DNA from: Marsupella aquatica
Taxonomy: Eukaryota > Plantae > Marchantiophyta
Reading direction: 5' to 3'
NCBI GenBank assembly: GCA_973895155.1
Contig: OZ316893.1
Span: forward strand, 17,709,281-17,773,280
DNA: 64,000 bases
Below, piece after piece: positions 11,101 through 24,460 of this stretch (position 1 is the stretch's first letter; each line of letters opens with the position of its first letter). A model generated the notes under the pieces. The model did not search any database and had not been told where the DNA came from. It saw only the letters and a list, made by a program, of their open reading frames with translations. Made by a program: the position numbers and the translations under genes.

Positions 11101-14001
11101 ACCACCAATGCTCTTGGCTGCATCCTTGAGGCTGCCTGCAAAGTATTGCTGTAAAACGTTCAAACCAATAGTTTTTTCATTTGTTCCTCGCCTTCTCTCT
11201 AGCCTCCTCTTCATACCCGATCCTTCATGACCGGCCCCCACGACACCGGGAGCATCCTGTTGCTGGTATGGATGCGATCGCCAGGGTTCATGTGTCTCCG
11301 GGTCTCCAAACGTTGTTTCTGGAGAGGAGTGGTGATTCTGTGAAGCATTTGACCGCTGAAGTACGTCCTCTAGCTGTTGGCGTTCAATGACCGTGGTATC
11401 CTGTGGAATATTCAGGTCATTGGTTTGGGGAGACCCCGTTGAGATCAGCTCTTCATCTGGCTTTGGTTCGACAGCTTCTTTTCTTCCAGGGTCATTCTTT
11501 TCCTCTTCGATCTCCTTCGCTGTAACTGTCCTCAGGCTTCTACAAACACGTTGCATTGTGATAGAGAGGGCATTTAGTAAAGACTGCTGCTCACTACCGT
11601 CAACACAGGTAGGTGGAAGGAAGAACTCAAGCACATAATCGTCACTTCCAGTGTGGATACTACGGAGTCGGATCGCGACAGCTGCGCTTAAGCGAAACAT
11701 CCTGGCGTAGTGACCGAGTGGATACTGAAGTTTTGAGTAGTTCTTCACGTCACTTTCGAAGACGGGCTGGTTAGATGAAAATGCCTTCCCAGGCACACCC
11801 TGATTCCTCTCAAGAATTTGCTCCGAGCAAGCCCGGCGGAAGCCCCACATCTGAGTATCTGCTACATAGCAAGGTCCGTTGGCTGCGTGTAGGACCACTC
11901 GGGGTTCTCCCGAGGCTGCAGCTGCCACACCCTGGCTTGCACTCATAGTCGGACCCCCGTCACTCGTTCGGAGACCCCCCAGTCTACCGTCTGTCCACGA
12001 TGGCACCCAGGTTTGGGCCAACGGCAGTTTATGCGTCTCACAAACAGCTGTCAGCACTTCCAATATCTCGCCCGTAGCTGTGTGGCGACCTTCAGTCTTG
12101 ATCTAAACCCCAAGAAACAAAACGAGAAAAATAAGACCACTCACTAACCATCACCTCGACCATCACAACGACATGAACACAGCACACATACCACACTTCA
12201 CAAGTCAGTATCTCCGACATCGTGACTTGCCACCGTCTGGTAGAAGGGGTCAACAGACAAAGTTATGGAATACCACAGAAACCTCAGTCCTGCCTAACCG
12301 GAAACGTAGGAAGGACGATCACACCAGCAACACTAGATTTTTGAAAACTTGGGACAACTGACACATCCGAGATACCAGCAATTATAGGGTCGAGAGGATG
12401 CGGAAAAAAGTAAACTTCGAGGAACTTACCTCTCGAGGCGGTACTATACATCCAGTAGTAGAAAGATTGACCGCCTGAAAACCCCCATAAAAACCGTTAG
12501 CGACAGAAACTTGCACACACCCGCATACCACTATACAACATCAAAATCGAAAGACAAGGAGCCAGAATATTTAGGACAAGGCAATGCCTACCTTGAGAGC
12601 GCGGCAGATGATGTCTATTTCAGGGCCGTATTCAACTTTCTCCGACTTCATAATAAGTTCTATTACAGCCAAGCAAGTTCTGGAGCTTTCTTCAAACACT
12701 GGCACAGCTAGGGTGCCCCTAATTGAACATTGCTCAGCGTAACTCGCTCTGAGAAACTCATGTGAGTTATAGTAGAGCACATTCGGCGACCACTCAGGTG
12801 CCCTCGTCAAATATACTCGTCCTGGTAGACCAGGATATTCTGAAGATCCTTTCTCCGTAGGGAACACGAAATTCGCAGAAACGTTGCGATAGAGGTAGAG
12901 CCGGTCGTCATTTGGAGTGCAGAAAAACGGCTGGTCACGGGTGCTCAGAATCAACTTGCTTCCGTGAGTGGTGGGCACCCAAATTTGAGTCAGGGTTCCC
13001 CCTCCAGTTGAAGCATTTATAACTCGCAATGACTGCGTCACGCGCTCTCTGAGAGTCTCCTCGTTCACCTGACTTCCGCCACCTTCCTGACCAATCTCTT
13101 CTCCGCTATTTAAGTTGCTGTTGAGTGAAGCCTGCTTTCCGACAGAAAGCAGCTCATTCCCGGCGGTAGCACCCAAAATCTCCAAAAATTCGTCTGATTG
13201 TTCTTCTTCTACAGGTGCTCCGGACTTTTCACCAGCGTCTCTTTCATAGACCGGACTTTCACCAAGACCTCTACATCCAAGTAACGACTCCTCGGTCACT
13301 CTCTGGTCTCCATCTAAGTTACGATCTTTGGAACGTTGGGCTGCTTCTTCATCAATAATGCTGTTGTGTGAACCTGGGTCGCCAACACCACCAGGAAAGG
13401 AAAGCCCCAAAGTAGCAGAGTTGCTCAGGAAACTTAAGCTTGTAGGAGAGAAGTAGGGGGGAGAGAAATCGGTAGTTCCCCCAGCAGCTGCAGCTGCAGC
13501 AGCAACCTTCAAGGCTATGCTCACTCCTCCAGCAGTCGGAGTCCTGTTGTTGTTCGTGGATGCTATACTGGATGAGACCAACCGTCGAAGGTCCTCCGAA
13601 CTCTCGGACGATCGCGGAAGGCCCGAAATATGAAAGGCATCTCCTCTGTATCCTTGCGGGTTGGTGACGGAATTCACCGTGTACAATAGCGGGGATGGAG
13701 AAGCAGGAGACAGGCTCATGGACGGCGAAGAGGAAGTGGAGAATGGGAAGAAGAAATCTGAACCGGGCGAAGAAGCGTTAGGCCACGGCGAGTCTGACAT
13801 CATTTGATCTGCTAGAGGATCCAGTTCCATGAGTTCCGTTAAAAGAGAATCGTCCATCATGAACTTGGATTCTGCGGGTGACCCTGCCATTACAGGAGAC
13901 AAAGAAAACGGCCCTCCCGTCCCCGTCGCATTCTCCAAGGACCGCCATCTCTGCATCGCTTGCTGAATTTTTTCGTTCGAAATCGCCTCAGTAGCGGCCA
14001 T
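8121..14001 (-). CDS. NLP: NIN-like protein (NLP) transcription factor, ~1237 aa; join(12592..14001,12430..12474,11103..12102,8121..9379)
   Basis: GAF-like motifs [57 protein letters not shown]: [17 protein letters not shown]|[28 protein letters not shown]1: [37 protein letters not shown]. All three introns are GT..AG and keep frame (1410+45+1000+1259=3714 nt). Confidence 0.95.
9555..9835. repeat. ~94-bp tandem repeat x3 in NLP intron 3
   Basis: TTCGTACATTGA.ATTCGTCGGAGT..CAATCCCTGGATGCTTGAAGGCT, with CGTAC at 9561, 9654 and 9749. Confidence 0.9.
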
Positions 14002-14929
14002 CCTTGACTGAGACTCTCTACAATTTGACGCACGCCCACTGAGACGCAGAAATCAAATATCGGTAGTAGCAAGCTTAATTGTGTTCTCGATGGCCCAAAA
14101 CGCAAGCAAACTTGCACCGGACGATCCCAATCGATCTACTCCGTATTTAAGGAAGAGTCCTGCTCAAAGGCATCGCGAGTCGGCGACAACTCATCAGAAT
14201 CTGTTCATTCTACAAGATTTTCTGCGTCGATAACTGGCGCCTATCGAATCAGATAGTTGATGACACAATTTCATGTGCAGAACGTCGTGAAAGAAGAACA
14301 AGCGAAGACCAAGCATTTCAACCATGCACCAAGAAAACAAGCCCTGATCATAGTAGACAAACATCTCCTGACGCAAGGAAGGAGAACTCCCTCGACTTGG
14401 AGCGAATCGTTAGTGATGTAGTTTCCTAAGAAACCTAAGGCAATGGATGAAGACTTAAAATATTTGAAGACTTAAAAAGGAAGACGACTGACCTGGACAG
14501 CCGCGTTGCTCGAAGGTGCGCTGGACCAAGCAAGATTATTTGGCATCTCCCGAATGTCGATGTACCTGCTGTAGCCGATTGACTGATCAATGCAACTCTG
14601 CTTCGATATCAGTCTCGACCTTTGAGAAATGAACTCCAAAGTTTCCTAAGACAACAGGAAAAGGAACACTAGAAGACCCCCAAGGCCCGCACAACCTTTT
14701 CAGCCAACCTTTTCTTATCCAGAAAGAGCCTCCTCAAGGGCAAAGCTTTGTGACAAACAGTTCCCGACAGCATCCCCTGTGTGATAAAAGTGTCATCAGC
14801 GTACTACGTCCTCCTGAATCCCTACCGGAAGCCGTACAGAACATCGTGGGTCAAATCCAAGCTGCTGCTCACACTGTTCTCTCCACCAAGGTATACGATA
14901 AGATGTTAAATGTGCTTCTGTCCTGTGTA

Positions 14930-15312
14930 GTTTCACCAACAAACCCACTCACACTAGCTGAAGTCGTCCAACAAAATCCCTGTACCTGAGTCCAGTCACA
15001 GCCTTCGTGTGATACCCTTCTGTGTGACCGAGTGAGAGCACCTCTCAGAGTCTTCGGTACATGCATACACCGAACCTGAATAGTTTCGCCAACAAACCAA
15101 CTCAAACTAGCTGCAGTCGTCGCAGAAAATCCCTCTACCCTGAGTCCAAACACATGCTTCGTCTAATGTACTTCTTTGTGACGGAGTAGAGAGCACCTCT
15201 CCGACTCTTCGGTACACACATACAGCGATCCTCTGTACTTCCGCCAACAAACCAACTCACTCTAGCTGAAGTATTCGAAAAAAATCCCTCTACCCTGAGT
15301 CCAGTCACAGAC
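14930..15312. repeat. ~155-bp tandem repeat x2.5 upstream of NLP
   Basis: CCAACAAACC.ACTCA..CTAGCTG.AGT...AAATCCCT.TACC.TGAGTCCA at ~14936, ~15089 and ~15244. Confidence 0.8.
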
Positions 15313-17269
15313 TTGTCCGTCTGAAGAGCACGGCATCAAAGAAACTTCCTCAATCTCTTCAGTACCCGTCCGTAATGAAGCAGTCTACTGGTGCGAGTAC
15401 ATGCATACAATATCCTCGAATTGAGATATCGGTTCCTTCTTCTAAAGCAACTGAATTAACTTCGCTACGCTTCACTTCATTAATCCGAAAGTTGATGTCT
15501 CCCAACGAGCGGCTAGTTCGCCGCTGCAGCACTCTTCGTAGCTTCACAAACCGTTTGAAGGCCTTTTAGACGAGAAAGCCTAGCACCACGTTGCCTAGTG
15601 TGCACCACAGGAAAATGCTTCGTAAGAAGAGAGGACAAAAGGCTGACGACCCTCCGCTCGCTTCGGCCCCGGAGGCACAGGAGAGTTGAAGATAAGCATA
15701 AAAGGAAATTATGAAAGTTACTTCGCAAGGACTCATCCAGGAGGAAGACGAGGGAGTGACTTCAGTTGATTACAGAAATCACGGACCTTTTTGGGACTCC
15801 AGTACCCGACTACAACATTCCGACGGAGGAGATATGGAGACAGCAACGAACAGAGCCTTCCGTTGTACAGGACAGCAATGTTCTAATCGAAGCTCGTTCC
15901 AGCCCCTTCTTTTGTTATCCCACAGTATTATGTAGAGCACCAAGATCCGTAAAATTTATCAAAAGTACGGGCTGCAATCAAGTAAATTAATTTCGACCAA
16001 ACCACGGTTCTTCCTGGGGAGTTTCCTTCGGCCCCCCGGTAGGCAAGTGCAGGTGGCCGTCCGCCGTCTTTTATTGGCACGGGACTTGTCGGACTCACGA
16101 GCTACAGTATCCGAGCAGGTATGGTACGTCTTTCCTACACTACAAAGGATTGTACTCGCTTGCGTGCATTTTTGTGCAAAATCAAAGCGAGGTTTGGAAA
16201 ATCCGTCCTTAGACTCTGATGTTATCTCATCCTTATCTCTTCGCACCTTTCACCCCGTCAAACATGTAAGCTACCATATGCCTACAATGTTTCGGGGTGC
16301 TCCGGTATGCGTGGCTGTTGGAGAATTTTGTTAGTTCACCATAGGTGTAATCTGGATTGCGAAACGCAAACATGAAAGTTTCTTTTAAGTCGCTTCTGGG
16401 CTCTCCCGATCCGACCGCCAAATTCTTTCACGGCCGTCGATGTTCTCCAGGAGTGATTTGCAGAGTTTTCACATGTTGGTTCCGTAAGGCCGGTTGCCTT
16501 CGTCTTTACTGCTGCAAGCTTATTGATAGTGAGCGCTCTTGAGTTGTTGCAGTTGTCTATTCACATTGGTAACCTAACCCTTCTTGGGTGCCAAATAATC
16601 CTTATGCGTCCTAACCACATCATCAACCTCCTTCTTCCTTTTTTTTGGGAGAAAATTAAATTCTTGATTGGCAGCAGTAGGGCATTTCTCAAGCAATTGT
16701 CTTATAGAGTGATTTCCGGACCCCTCTAGTACAACATGTAATTCTTGTTTATCTTAATTTATTTTCTCTCACTACAAACATTAAAGTTTGCATTTTGCCC
16801 CAGAATAAGCAATGTAGGAAAAAATTCCAAGACAACAGTTGTAAATTGGTGAATATGAAGTGTGAAAATTCTACGGCAATAGCTGAAATTAGCAAAATTG
16901 TCAAATTTCAAGAATCTGTGTACAATTAAACTGACTTCTTATGAATCCAAAAAATTGAACATGCTTTTAACAGAACAGCAAATTATACACAGTTGGTATG
17001 AATATGAGGTCTATTTGTATTTATCAAGGTAACAAATCCAAGACTCCGTGTGAAACTGAACCCCAAATTGTATATGCAGTTCTCCGAGCAGAGTAACCCC
17101 TTTCCCCTCTCTCTTCTTTACTTCCCATTTCCTTCCCACAAGTAACAAAAATTATACATTGAATATATTCATTTGTATTATTCTCTCTCTCCGCTATATA
17201 TCTTTCATGAACATTGAATGAAAGAAGATAGATACTCTCTTACTTGGTGTTTCAACCTTCTTCATTACA

Positions 17270-18830
17270 TCAATTTCAAGGGGATCTTGGTTCATTCTTG
17301 ACCTTCAAAAGGCTCTTCCTCAACAAAGTTGCCCTACCTTTCCCTGCATTAACATATACTTGTGCAGACTCTATCTCTTCATCATCAAATAACACAATTA
17401 TGTCTACATACCTCATCTTCTCCTTTTTTTTCTAGACATTGGAGAATGCATTGTAGCCAATACATCAATAGTCTCCAAATAATTATAGTTAGAAAATGGC
17501 TACTTGTCAACCAATGATACAAATTCACCCAACGAATCACCAAAAAGTCACTCCTAAGGAATCTTGCTCTTTACAAACACATCATTAAAACGAACAGATT
17601 TTAGTTCCACCTTTGGCCTCTTGAAAGAGCTCTTTGTATAAGATCCCTGTGTCATAGTGCTAGGTTCAAGCAATCCTCATTTGTTGACTCAGAATAATAC
17701 CTGGCAGAATCACCAGTCTAAGGTTTTCTAACAAAGACTTCTTCAACATCAGCTCTGCACACATTGACAGAATCAATAATGCACTTCCACAAATAAGTCA
17801 TCCTCTTACGATCCATTCCTTGCCCATTTAATAGGATAATCCAACTTGCAGCAGGCATGAAGATTCCAGATTTCACCATCTCTATTAATGTTGAAACAAA
17901 TGTTGCATGCAAAGGCCTCTGTGATTTGTATTTGTGCGATACATACATTCGATCAACCACATTCTTGTTTGTAAGTGTTACCCTAGACTTCAAATTTGTT
18001 TTCCCATAAATAGAATGCAACTAATTACTTGCAATCATTTCTTAATCCGTGATGTTAATTAAACATTGTGTGTTTAAAATGGGTAGCTCCTAAATCTTTA
18101 AGACAATAACCAATCATTCCTTTCCAAGTATACAAGTGTCTATTTATCAACATTTACACATTACTTTACCAACAAGATTCATATTATTTACCCCATGCCA
18201 ACCCATATATTTTCTTACAAGAAACCCAAAGGACCTAGTAGATTTTGTCCTTGCTCTTACAACCATCTGGAAATGAAGATGACTCTCCAATTCTCCTTTC
18301 TCAAGCCCAATGAGCCCTGCAACACAATGATCATGCGTAAGAGTATGGAGTTTGTGAATCTCATCTTTATGCACATCAACACCCAAGTACCCAATTGTAA
18401 TGCCTAACTCAAAGACACTATCAACCAGAGAAGCTTCATGCTTGTCTTGTTTTCTGCTTCAAAGAAGCCATGTTAGTTTTGCACAGAGTTCTCTAGACTC
18501 ACAAAAATGTTTCTGTGAATCTGTATTGCAAATACAAGAATTTAGTTCAAAAAGATAAGTTGGATAAATATCAATTGTTTTAACTATAAAGAATGTTTTT
18601 CCTTTCAATTCTACCACAATTTCATCTGGCCCTATGTTCTCAGTTGCTTGCAAAATTTGAAATGGTCGAGCTAGCAATTTCTCTTCACCTAACCTGCAAA
18701 CCACAAAGCATAACTTGATATCCCTAACACAATGTGGTGACTCCTTTTCTATGTTTCCAAAATAACTAGGACCAAGTCCTCTGTTGTGTAAGGAATTATA
18801 GTGTCTCCTAGTTGTGATTCCCTGGACATT
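17270..18830 (-). pseudogene. Replitron HUH-endonuclease (Rep) transposase, frameshifted
   Basis: Motif 1-like VFELGITIGYLGVDV; HUH motif GLEKGELESHLHFQMVV; YMGW; catalytic-Tyr block LYTWKGMIGYCLKDLGATHF (~18080-18140); then IYGKTNLKSRVTLTNKN..RM..LIEMVKSG..PAASW...NGQGMD..R...LWK. This order matches Replitron Rep as recalled; no helicase domain seen. Confidence 0.8.
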
Positions 18831-18884
18831 AGTACTAATACAACAAAATATGGCCTTAGTAGCAGAGGACAAACACAAGGGTTA

Positions 18885-19460
18885 ATCAATGTTAGAGACC
18901 TTGAACTGTTAGTACATGACCTCAATAGCAAGTATTGCACTGTTAGATGAGTCTCAAAGGTTGTTAGTACATACATAATCTTGACAAACTGAGACTGTTA
19001 GTAAGTGACCTTGACAACCTCAAACTAGTCACAACCTTGGTTAGTATGAGCTATTCTGGATAACTCAATGACTATTAGTAAGTAATGTGAGAATTCTGGA
19101 TAGACTCAAGGATTGTTAGTAAGTAATGATGCCCAAGGGACTATTAGTAAATAATCCTCCCTGACTATTAATGACACCCAAGGGACTGTTAGTAAGTAAT
19201 CCCGACTGACTATTAGTGACACCCAAGGGCTATTAGTAAGTAATCTCGACTGACTAGTGACCCAATGACTGTTAGTAAAATCTTGACTGACTATTAGTGA
19301 CCCAAGGACTGTTAGTAAATAACCTTGACAGACTAAAAGGGTTAGCAAATAATCTTGAGAGATTCAAACTGTTAGTAAATAATCTTCACTCAAAACAAGG
19401 ATTCAAACACTGTTCGAGACCACCTTCACTAACCCAGAATGTGCTAGAGCACTGTTAGTA
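18885..19460. repeat. Array of short (GAC)TGTTAGTAA motifs (~25-40 bp units) upstream of the Replitron ORF
   Basis: More than a dozen ACT(G/A)TTAGT(A/G)A copies in one orientation. Confidence 0.75.
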
Positions 19461-19785
19461 AACCAACCACTAAATAAACTAGACCAAGACCAAGGACTAA
19501 AGAGAATTGGGCAAACACTATTAAACATTGGAACGAGGACAAGATCAAGAGCTAAGAGAGCTCTTGAAGGCAAGGCAAGAGCCGATCGAGAGAGCTCAAG
19601 GCAAGTTAAGATGAATGCTATATTGAAAACTGAAGAACTGAATGAACTGATGCAATAGAGTTAGCTTAAGTAGCTATGATCGATCAAATTTTGTCTCACC
19701 CTTAGATTAAATGTTGAGGTTTGTATTGCCACGCACCTAAACATTTAGCCTGGAGATCAGAGAAAATAGGATTGCCTAAGTAAAA

Positions 19786-19974
19786 CACTAAGTGAAATGT
19801 ATTGGAGATAGGTAATCTCATCAGTTATCAATCACTTTCATCAGTCTACCTGATATCAGTTGCCACCTCATCTCAGAGAGGCCGCCAAGTTGCGATGCCG
19901 AAAAAGAAAAAAATGAAGAAAAAAAAATTCTTGAATTTTTCTTCAAAATGTTTTTTGCCATGAGGCATCCTTAC
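19786..19974 (+). mobile_element. Putative CACTA-type terminal fragment
   Basis: Begins CACTAAGTGAAA followed by GAGATAGGTAA..CATCAGTTATCA (shared with 27590-27620) and CATCTCAGA.AGGCCGCCAAGTTGCG (shared with 520-546). Confidence 0.4.
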
Positions 19975-20509
19975 TGTTGAGCATAGACGACACTCGTAAC
20001 GGTAAGCACATGACACATCCAACGTGCAAATAGTCGATACAAGAGATACATGGTTCACCTCCTCGAGGCTACGTCCACGGGAACACACAAGAGAGCTTTA
20101 CTGAACTCTAAGCCCGTCAGCCATACCAAGTCTCTACAGTGTAAGCTCTCCTCATCTCTCAAGTGGCTCCATAACAATGAGCCTAAGTTCCACTTATCCA
20201 AGCAAACACCGTTTGGCATATAGTGTGCATCCTAGTTAACCTAACCACGTCTCTGACTATGGTTAGCCTAACTATGGTTACATGTCGTAACCTAAGACCT
20301 TGAGTAAATACCTAACAATCTTCCCCTTGACTCTGGTCTAGGGGAGGGTAATACTGCTAACCTATATGATTCCTCAACGGGAAGTTCTGGATGAAAACCA
20401 ACATGGTTTCCCCTCTCTCACTAGAGCAAACCAGAACTAAGTCGTAGCCTATTACTAAGAGTGAAGAAGAGCATATATCAGTAATTACAACAAATGTTAA
20501 GAAAAACCC

Positions 20510-23500
20510 TTACTTGTGACGCAATTGCAAAACCTGCAGCACGTCACGATGTCTAGAGAAACTTTCCAAAGGAATCACTTTGGTAAATGCATCAGTTGGG
20601 TTGAGTTTACCGTCTATCTTGACTAGCTCAAATAAATTATCAGACACAGCCTGCCTGATAAAATGGTACTTGACATCTATGTGCTTCACTCTACTGTCCA
20701 TCACCTGGTTCACAGCAAGGTGGAGCGCACTTTGACTATCACAATGGAGCTTCACATTCCCTTGTGGCAGTCCCATTTCAGTGATAAGTCTATCCAACCA
20801 AATCGTTTCCTTTGCTGCTTCCGCTACTGCAACATACTCCGCTTCTGTAGTAGACTGAGCAATACACTTCTACAAAGTAGACCTCCAACTTATGCATCCA
20901 CCGCCAAGTGTGAACACGTACCCTGTTGTTGATCTCCTTCGGTCCAAATCTTGTCCATAGTCAGAATCTACATAGCCAATCAATGATCTCGCATTCTTTG
21001 CATTTGCATCAAATAAAAGACCATGATCCACGGTACCCTTCAAGTACCTGATAATCCACTTCACTACTTCCCAGTGTACCTTCCCTGGATTTGATATGTA
21101 TCTGCTCACCTTGCCCATAGCCATGGCAAGATCAGGTCTAGTGCAAGTCATCAAATACATGAGACTTCCCACTGCCTTATCATAAGGAACTTTTGACATC
21201 AGCCCCTTCTCTGTTGCATCTGTGGGGCAAAAAGCTGATGAAAATATGAAGTGTGCAACCAAAGGGGTACTTACTGGCTTGCTATCCCCCATGTTGAACC
21301 TAGCAATTATCTTCCTCGCATAACTGCTTTGTGTCAACCATAGCTTACCAGCCTCCAAGTCCCTAGTGATCTCCATACCCAAAATCCTCTTAGCTGGCCC
21401 TAGGTCCTTCATCTTAAACTCTGCACTTAGTAGTGCCTTAAGCTTAACAATCTCAGACCTATCCTTGGCCGCAATAAGCATGTCATCCACATAAAGTACT
21501 AAAACAATGAACCCAAAGACAACATTCTTCACCGGTTTCAAATATACACAAGGGTCAAACACACTCCTATGAAAACCTTGTAACCAATTCCAATTGTCAA
21601 ACCGCTTGTTCCACTGTCTTGGTGACTGCTTCAACCCATACAAGGATTTCAGCAATTTGCGAACCAAATCCTCCTGTCCTCTCTTCACAAAACCTAGCGG
21701 CTATCTCATGAAGATCACCTCTTCCAAGGTGCCATAGAGGAAAGCTGTCACAATATCCATCTGATCTAGCAGCAGACCAAACATTACAACAAGCACACAC
21801 AATAGCCGTATTGTAGAGTACTTAGCAACTAGTGAGAAGACCTCATTGTAATCCATACCTTTCTCTTGTGTGAATCCCTTTGCTACCAACCTAGCCTTGT
21901 AGACCTTCGATCCATCTCCTGCGGGATTATCCTTCAACTTGTAAATCCACTTGCTGTCCACCACTTGCTGACCCTTAGGCAGCTTAACAAGCTCCCAAGT
22001 TTTTTTGTCCTTCAGTGACTGCATCTCCGTTTGCATTGCTGCAGTCCACTTCTGCTTCTCCTTTGAAGCACTTGCCTCATGAAATGAAGAAGGTTTCCCT
22101 TCTTCCAAAATTAACCCATCACCCTCATCATCAGCTGCAAAATTGTCCTCTTGCAGTTGAGATGAATCAACCCACTGTCCATACCTAGGAGGAGCGCGTA
22201 TAGTGCGACCAGATGTTCTTCTAGCCGATGACTCTGGTTGAATTGCGTCTACTGGTACAATTTGAAGCTCAACAACATCCACTTGCTGCTCACCAGCATC
22301 AACAAGCTCCTCTTGTTCCTCTGGCACAGGAACCAACTCCATACTTGGAGCACCTCCTTCTCTCTGATCATGCACTTCATGATCAATCTCCCCCTCAACA
22401 AGATCCGGGATAGGAGATTTTCCTTTGTTAGTACGGGAGACCTGAGTATTTTCCCCCTCCTTCAATAATCTGGATTCATTGAAGGAAACATCCCTACTGA
22501 CAACGAGCTTACAGGCAATAGGATCCCATAACCTGTAGGCCTTCACACCACTCTGATACCCAAGAAAAATACATTTCTTGGATGTAGGATCCAACTTGGT
22601 CCTATTCTGCTTTGGTGTGAGAGCATATGCATCACTTCCAAAAACTACCAAGCCATGATAGTTTGCTTGCCGCTTATAACGCATTTCAAATGGCATTTTA
22701 AAATTGATTGTACTAGAAGGAGAAAGATTTACCAAATAAGTTGCAGTATTGACAACTTCTGCCCAAAATTTCTGTGGTAAACCTGATTGGCTCAGCATAC
22801 TCTGTGATCGCTCCAATAATGTTCGATTGAGCCTCTCAGCGATACCATTCTGCTGCGAAGTATAAACTGTGGTGAGATGGCGAGTTATCCCCTGTTCTGC
22901 ACAGTTACATTGGCCTCTCCACATACTGTATTGCCCTGCAACACATACAAATTCTTCTGTCTGCTCCCCTTCAAAATCACTATCTTTCCCGACATGACTT
23001 GAAGTTCACCATCAATTACTCGCCATTGATGACCATTTGTATCCAACACATCGAGTGAAATCAAATTCTTACGCATGCCAGGTACAAACCTGACTCCGGA
23101 CACTGTGCCGCACAATCCCCGCCGTTGTCTGACCTTAGACTCTTCACCCTTGTATCCAAAGACTTAATAGTGTTTTCTGTCTGATTCTCCACTTGGGCCT
23201 TCCACTTTGTAAAAATGGATAAGACATCAGACTTATGCGTCATGAAATAAATCCATGTACAAATCTTGAGTAATCGTCAATAAAGGATACATAGTACAAT
23301 TTTCCAGAATGTGAGGGAGTCGGGGATGGTCCCCACACGTTACTATGTATGTACTCAAGAACCGCTTTGGAACGATGAGTTCCAACACCGAAAGCACGAC
23401 GATGCTGCTTTCCAAAAATGCAATGCTCACAAAAATTCAATTTACAAGACTGCAAATCAAAAATGAGCCCATTCTTCCACAAGATAGCCAAAACCTTCTC

Positions 23501-24450
23501 ACTCATGTGGCCTAGCCGTGAATGCCACAGTTGAGTCATTTCCTTGTGAGACTTGGTTACATTGGCCTCTCCACATACTGTATTGCCCTGCAACACATAC
23601 AAATTCTTCTGTCTGCTCCCCTTCAAAATCACTATCTTTCCCGACATGACTTGAAGTTCACCATCAATTACTCGCCATTGATGACCATTTGTATCCAACA
23701 CATCGAGTGAAATCAAATTCTTACGCATGCCAGGTACAAACCTGACTCCGGACACTGTGCGCACAATGCCATCAAACATTTGAATCTTTACAGACCCAAT
23801 ACCCTCAACTCGACAGGAGTGATCATTTCCCATCAAAACTGAACCGTTTGACACAGAATAAGAATTGAAATACTCGCGAATATAACAAATATGAAAGGAG
23901 CAAGCACAATCAAGAATTCACACATCATTTTCTCTCCTAGATGATGTGCACAGGGCATACTCCTGACTTCATAAAACATACTCATTGAGTAAATCAACTT
24001 CTCCATCAGCACTAGCCACATTGGTTGATGAAGATTCAGCTGCCTTACCCTTACAATCCCTCTTAACGTGACCAACCTTGTGACACTTCCAGCAGACTAC
24101 TGGCTTTCTCTCCTGGGACTTCCCCCTGGAAGCAAATCTTGTCATAGATTTACTTCGTCCCTTGCCATTCGTGCGCTGCTCGGGACACCGTTGTGACCTC
24201 CCACGATTCACATTCAAGGCAGCACCAGATGATGATGCTGTCTGGGCTTGACCCAACTTCTTCTGTGCATCATCTGACAGTAAAGAGCTTACCACCTCAT
24301 CGTATGAAATAGACTTCAAGTCTCTATACAAGAGAACCTGCTTCAAACCCTGATAAGATGGGGGTAAGGAGCTGAGAAGAAGCAAGGCCTTGTCCTCATC
24401 TTTAACGCCCTTACCGAGATACTTTCAAATCTCCAAGATACCTGGAAATT
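20510..24450 (-). pseudogene. pol: Copia gag-pol pseudogene
   Basis: Zinc knuckle CWKCHKVGHVKRDC; LWHSRLGH..CEHCIFGKQ; FIDDYSR, LRSDNGG, QQNGIAERLNRTL; RT YKARLVAKG, SLYGLKQSPRQW, LYVDDMLI; RNase H GYVDSDY, KHIDVKYHFIR. In-frame TAG at 20870 and 21701, plus frameshifts and an insertion. Confidence 0.92.
22904..23116. repeat. ~213-bp copy of 23556-23767 inserted into the integrase core
   Basis: GTTACATTGGCCTCTCC...GGACACTGTGC(C)GCACAAT is near-identical at both places. Confidence 0.9.
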
Positions 24451-24460
24451 GTCATCAAAT

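Larger units (their letters stand above)
19975..24460 (-). mobile_element. Ty1/copia element, 5'-truncated (3' LTR 19975-20317, PPT 20318-20332)
   Basis: 343-bp LTR (TG..CA) of the same family as 1288-1630. Internal order gag-PR-IN-RT-RH. No 5' LTR in the window. Confidence 0.92.

Noticed and set aside
8134-12106. Plus-strand ORFs overlapping NLP exons
   Set aside because: Antisense shadows of the real coding sequence.
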